This document shows, in pieces, positions 63,630 through 64,000 of a stretch of 64,000 bases of DNA (position 1 is the stretch's first letter; each line of letters begins with the position of its first letter). The position numbers were made by a program, and so were the translations under genes. Below the pieces are notes generated by a model. That model was not told the DNA's origin and did no database searches. It saw only the letters and a list, made by a program, of their open reading frames with translations. Source of the stretch: Octopus bimaculoides (Eukaryota); contig NC_068999.1 in NCBI RefSeq assembly GCF_001194135.2, positions 25,398,461 to 25,462,460 of the forward strand, read 5' to 3'.

Positions 63630-64000
63630 TTTTATCCAGCAGGTTTTCATTTGTAAAGTGAGCCTCTTACAATATGTGGCACTTGATGAAGAATGGAGTT
63701 TGATTTAGCAACCCTCATTTGCACCTCCTGCCGCGAGGTAGGTTCATCTGGGACTCTCGACAGGAAGAGGTCCAGCTTTGATTTAAAAACCCCTACATCT
63801 ACTTTGTGCAGGTTCCTCAAGCTCTTTGGGAGAATATTAAAAAGCTGTGGGCCCCTGAAACCTAAACTGTTGCAGTAACTGATCCTGAAGCGCGATGGCA
63901 TTGCTGGGATCTCTGGCACTATGCAGTGTCGTCCCGTTCTGGCATTGGTGTAGCTTTCGATGCCTAAATTTGGCACAATTCCTTCCAGGATCTTCCAGAT
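63630..64000 (-). mobile_element. CR1-like LINE 3' end
   Basis: SLGFRGPQLFNILPKSLRNL...FKSKLDLFLSRVPDEP, a typical CR1-group C-terminus. Confidence 0.8.

Overview
This is eukaryotic, AT-rich, repeat-dense DNA from a short-read assembly: most N-gaps are bounded by (TA)n or (TG)n tracts. The SINE, MITE and LINE families look like octopus (Octopus sp.; inferred from remembered repeat consensus sequences, not searched). The only host gene I can support is a type IV collagen alpha1-like gene on the minus strand. It shows three small phase-0 exons (58557-58610, 34265-34399, 26453-26497); the ORF track misses two and catches the middle one only inside a read-through ORF. They splice to ACSGCEPKCICNGTKGER|GNVGLRGLQGPPGLPGFPGNDGPVGTQGVLGNEGDKGATGPKGYR|GDQGLPGMRGLPGIP, the start of the 7S domain. 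The rest is intron, filled with decayed RTE, CR1-like, Tx1/L1-like, R4-like and Penelope-like (PLE) retroelements, a DD37D (maT) transposase relic, MITEs, tRNA-derived SINEs and microsatellites. Three things most deserve a second look. (i) Two very young inverted duplications (85/85 and 101/103 identical) have almost the same spacer (432 and 436 bp), and each abuts an older repeat. (ii) A PLE insertion has an 8-bp TSD and inverted terminal repeats that each carry a degenerate hammerhead ribozyme; a third hammerhead-like motif lies near 23.2 kb. (iii) The collagen introns are dense in fold-back elements. I found no CRISPR array, rRNA or true tRNA gene, and I cannot claim a new multi-gene system here.
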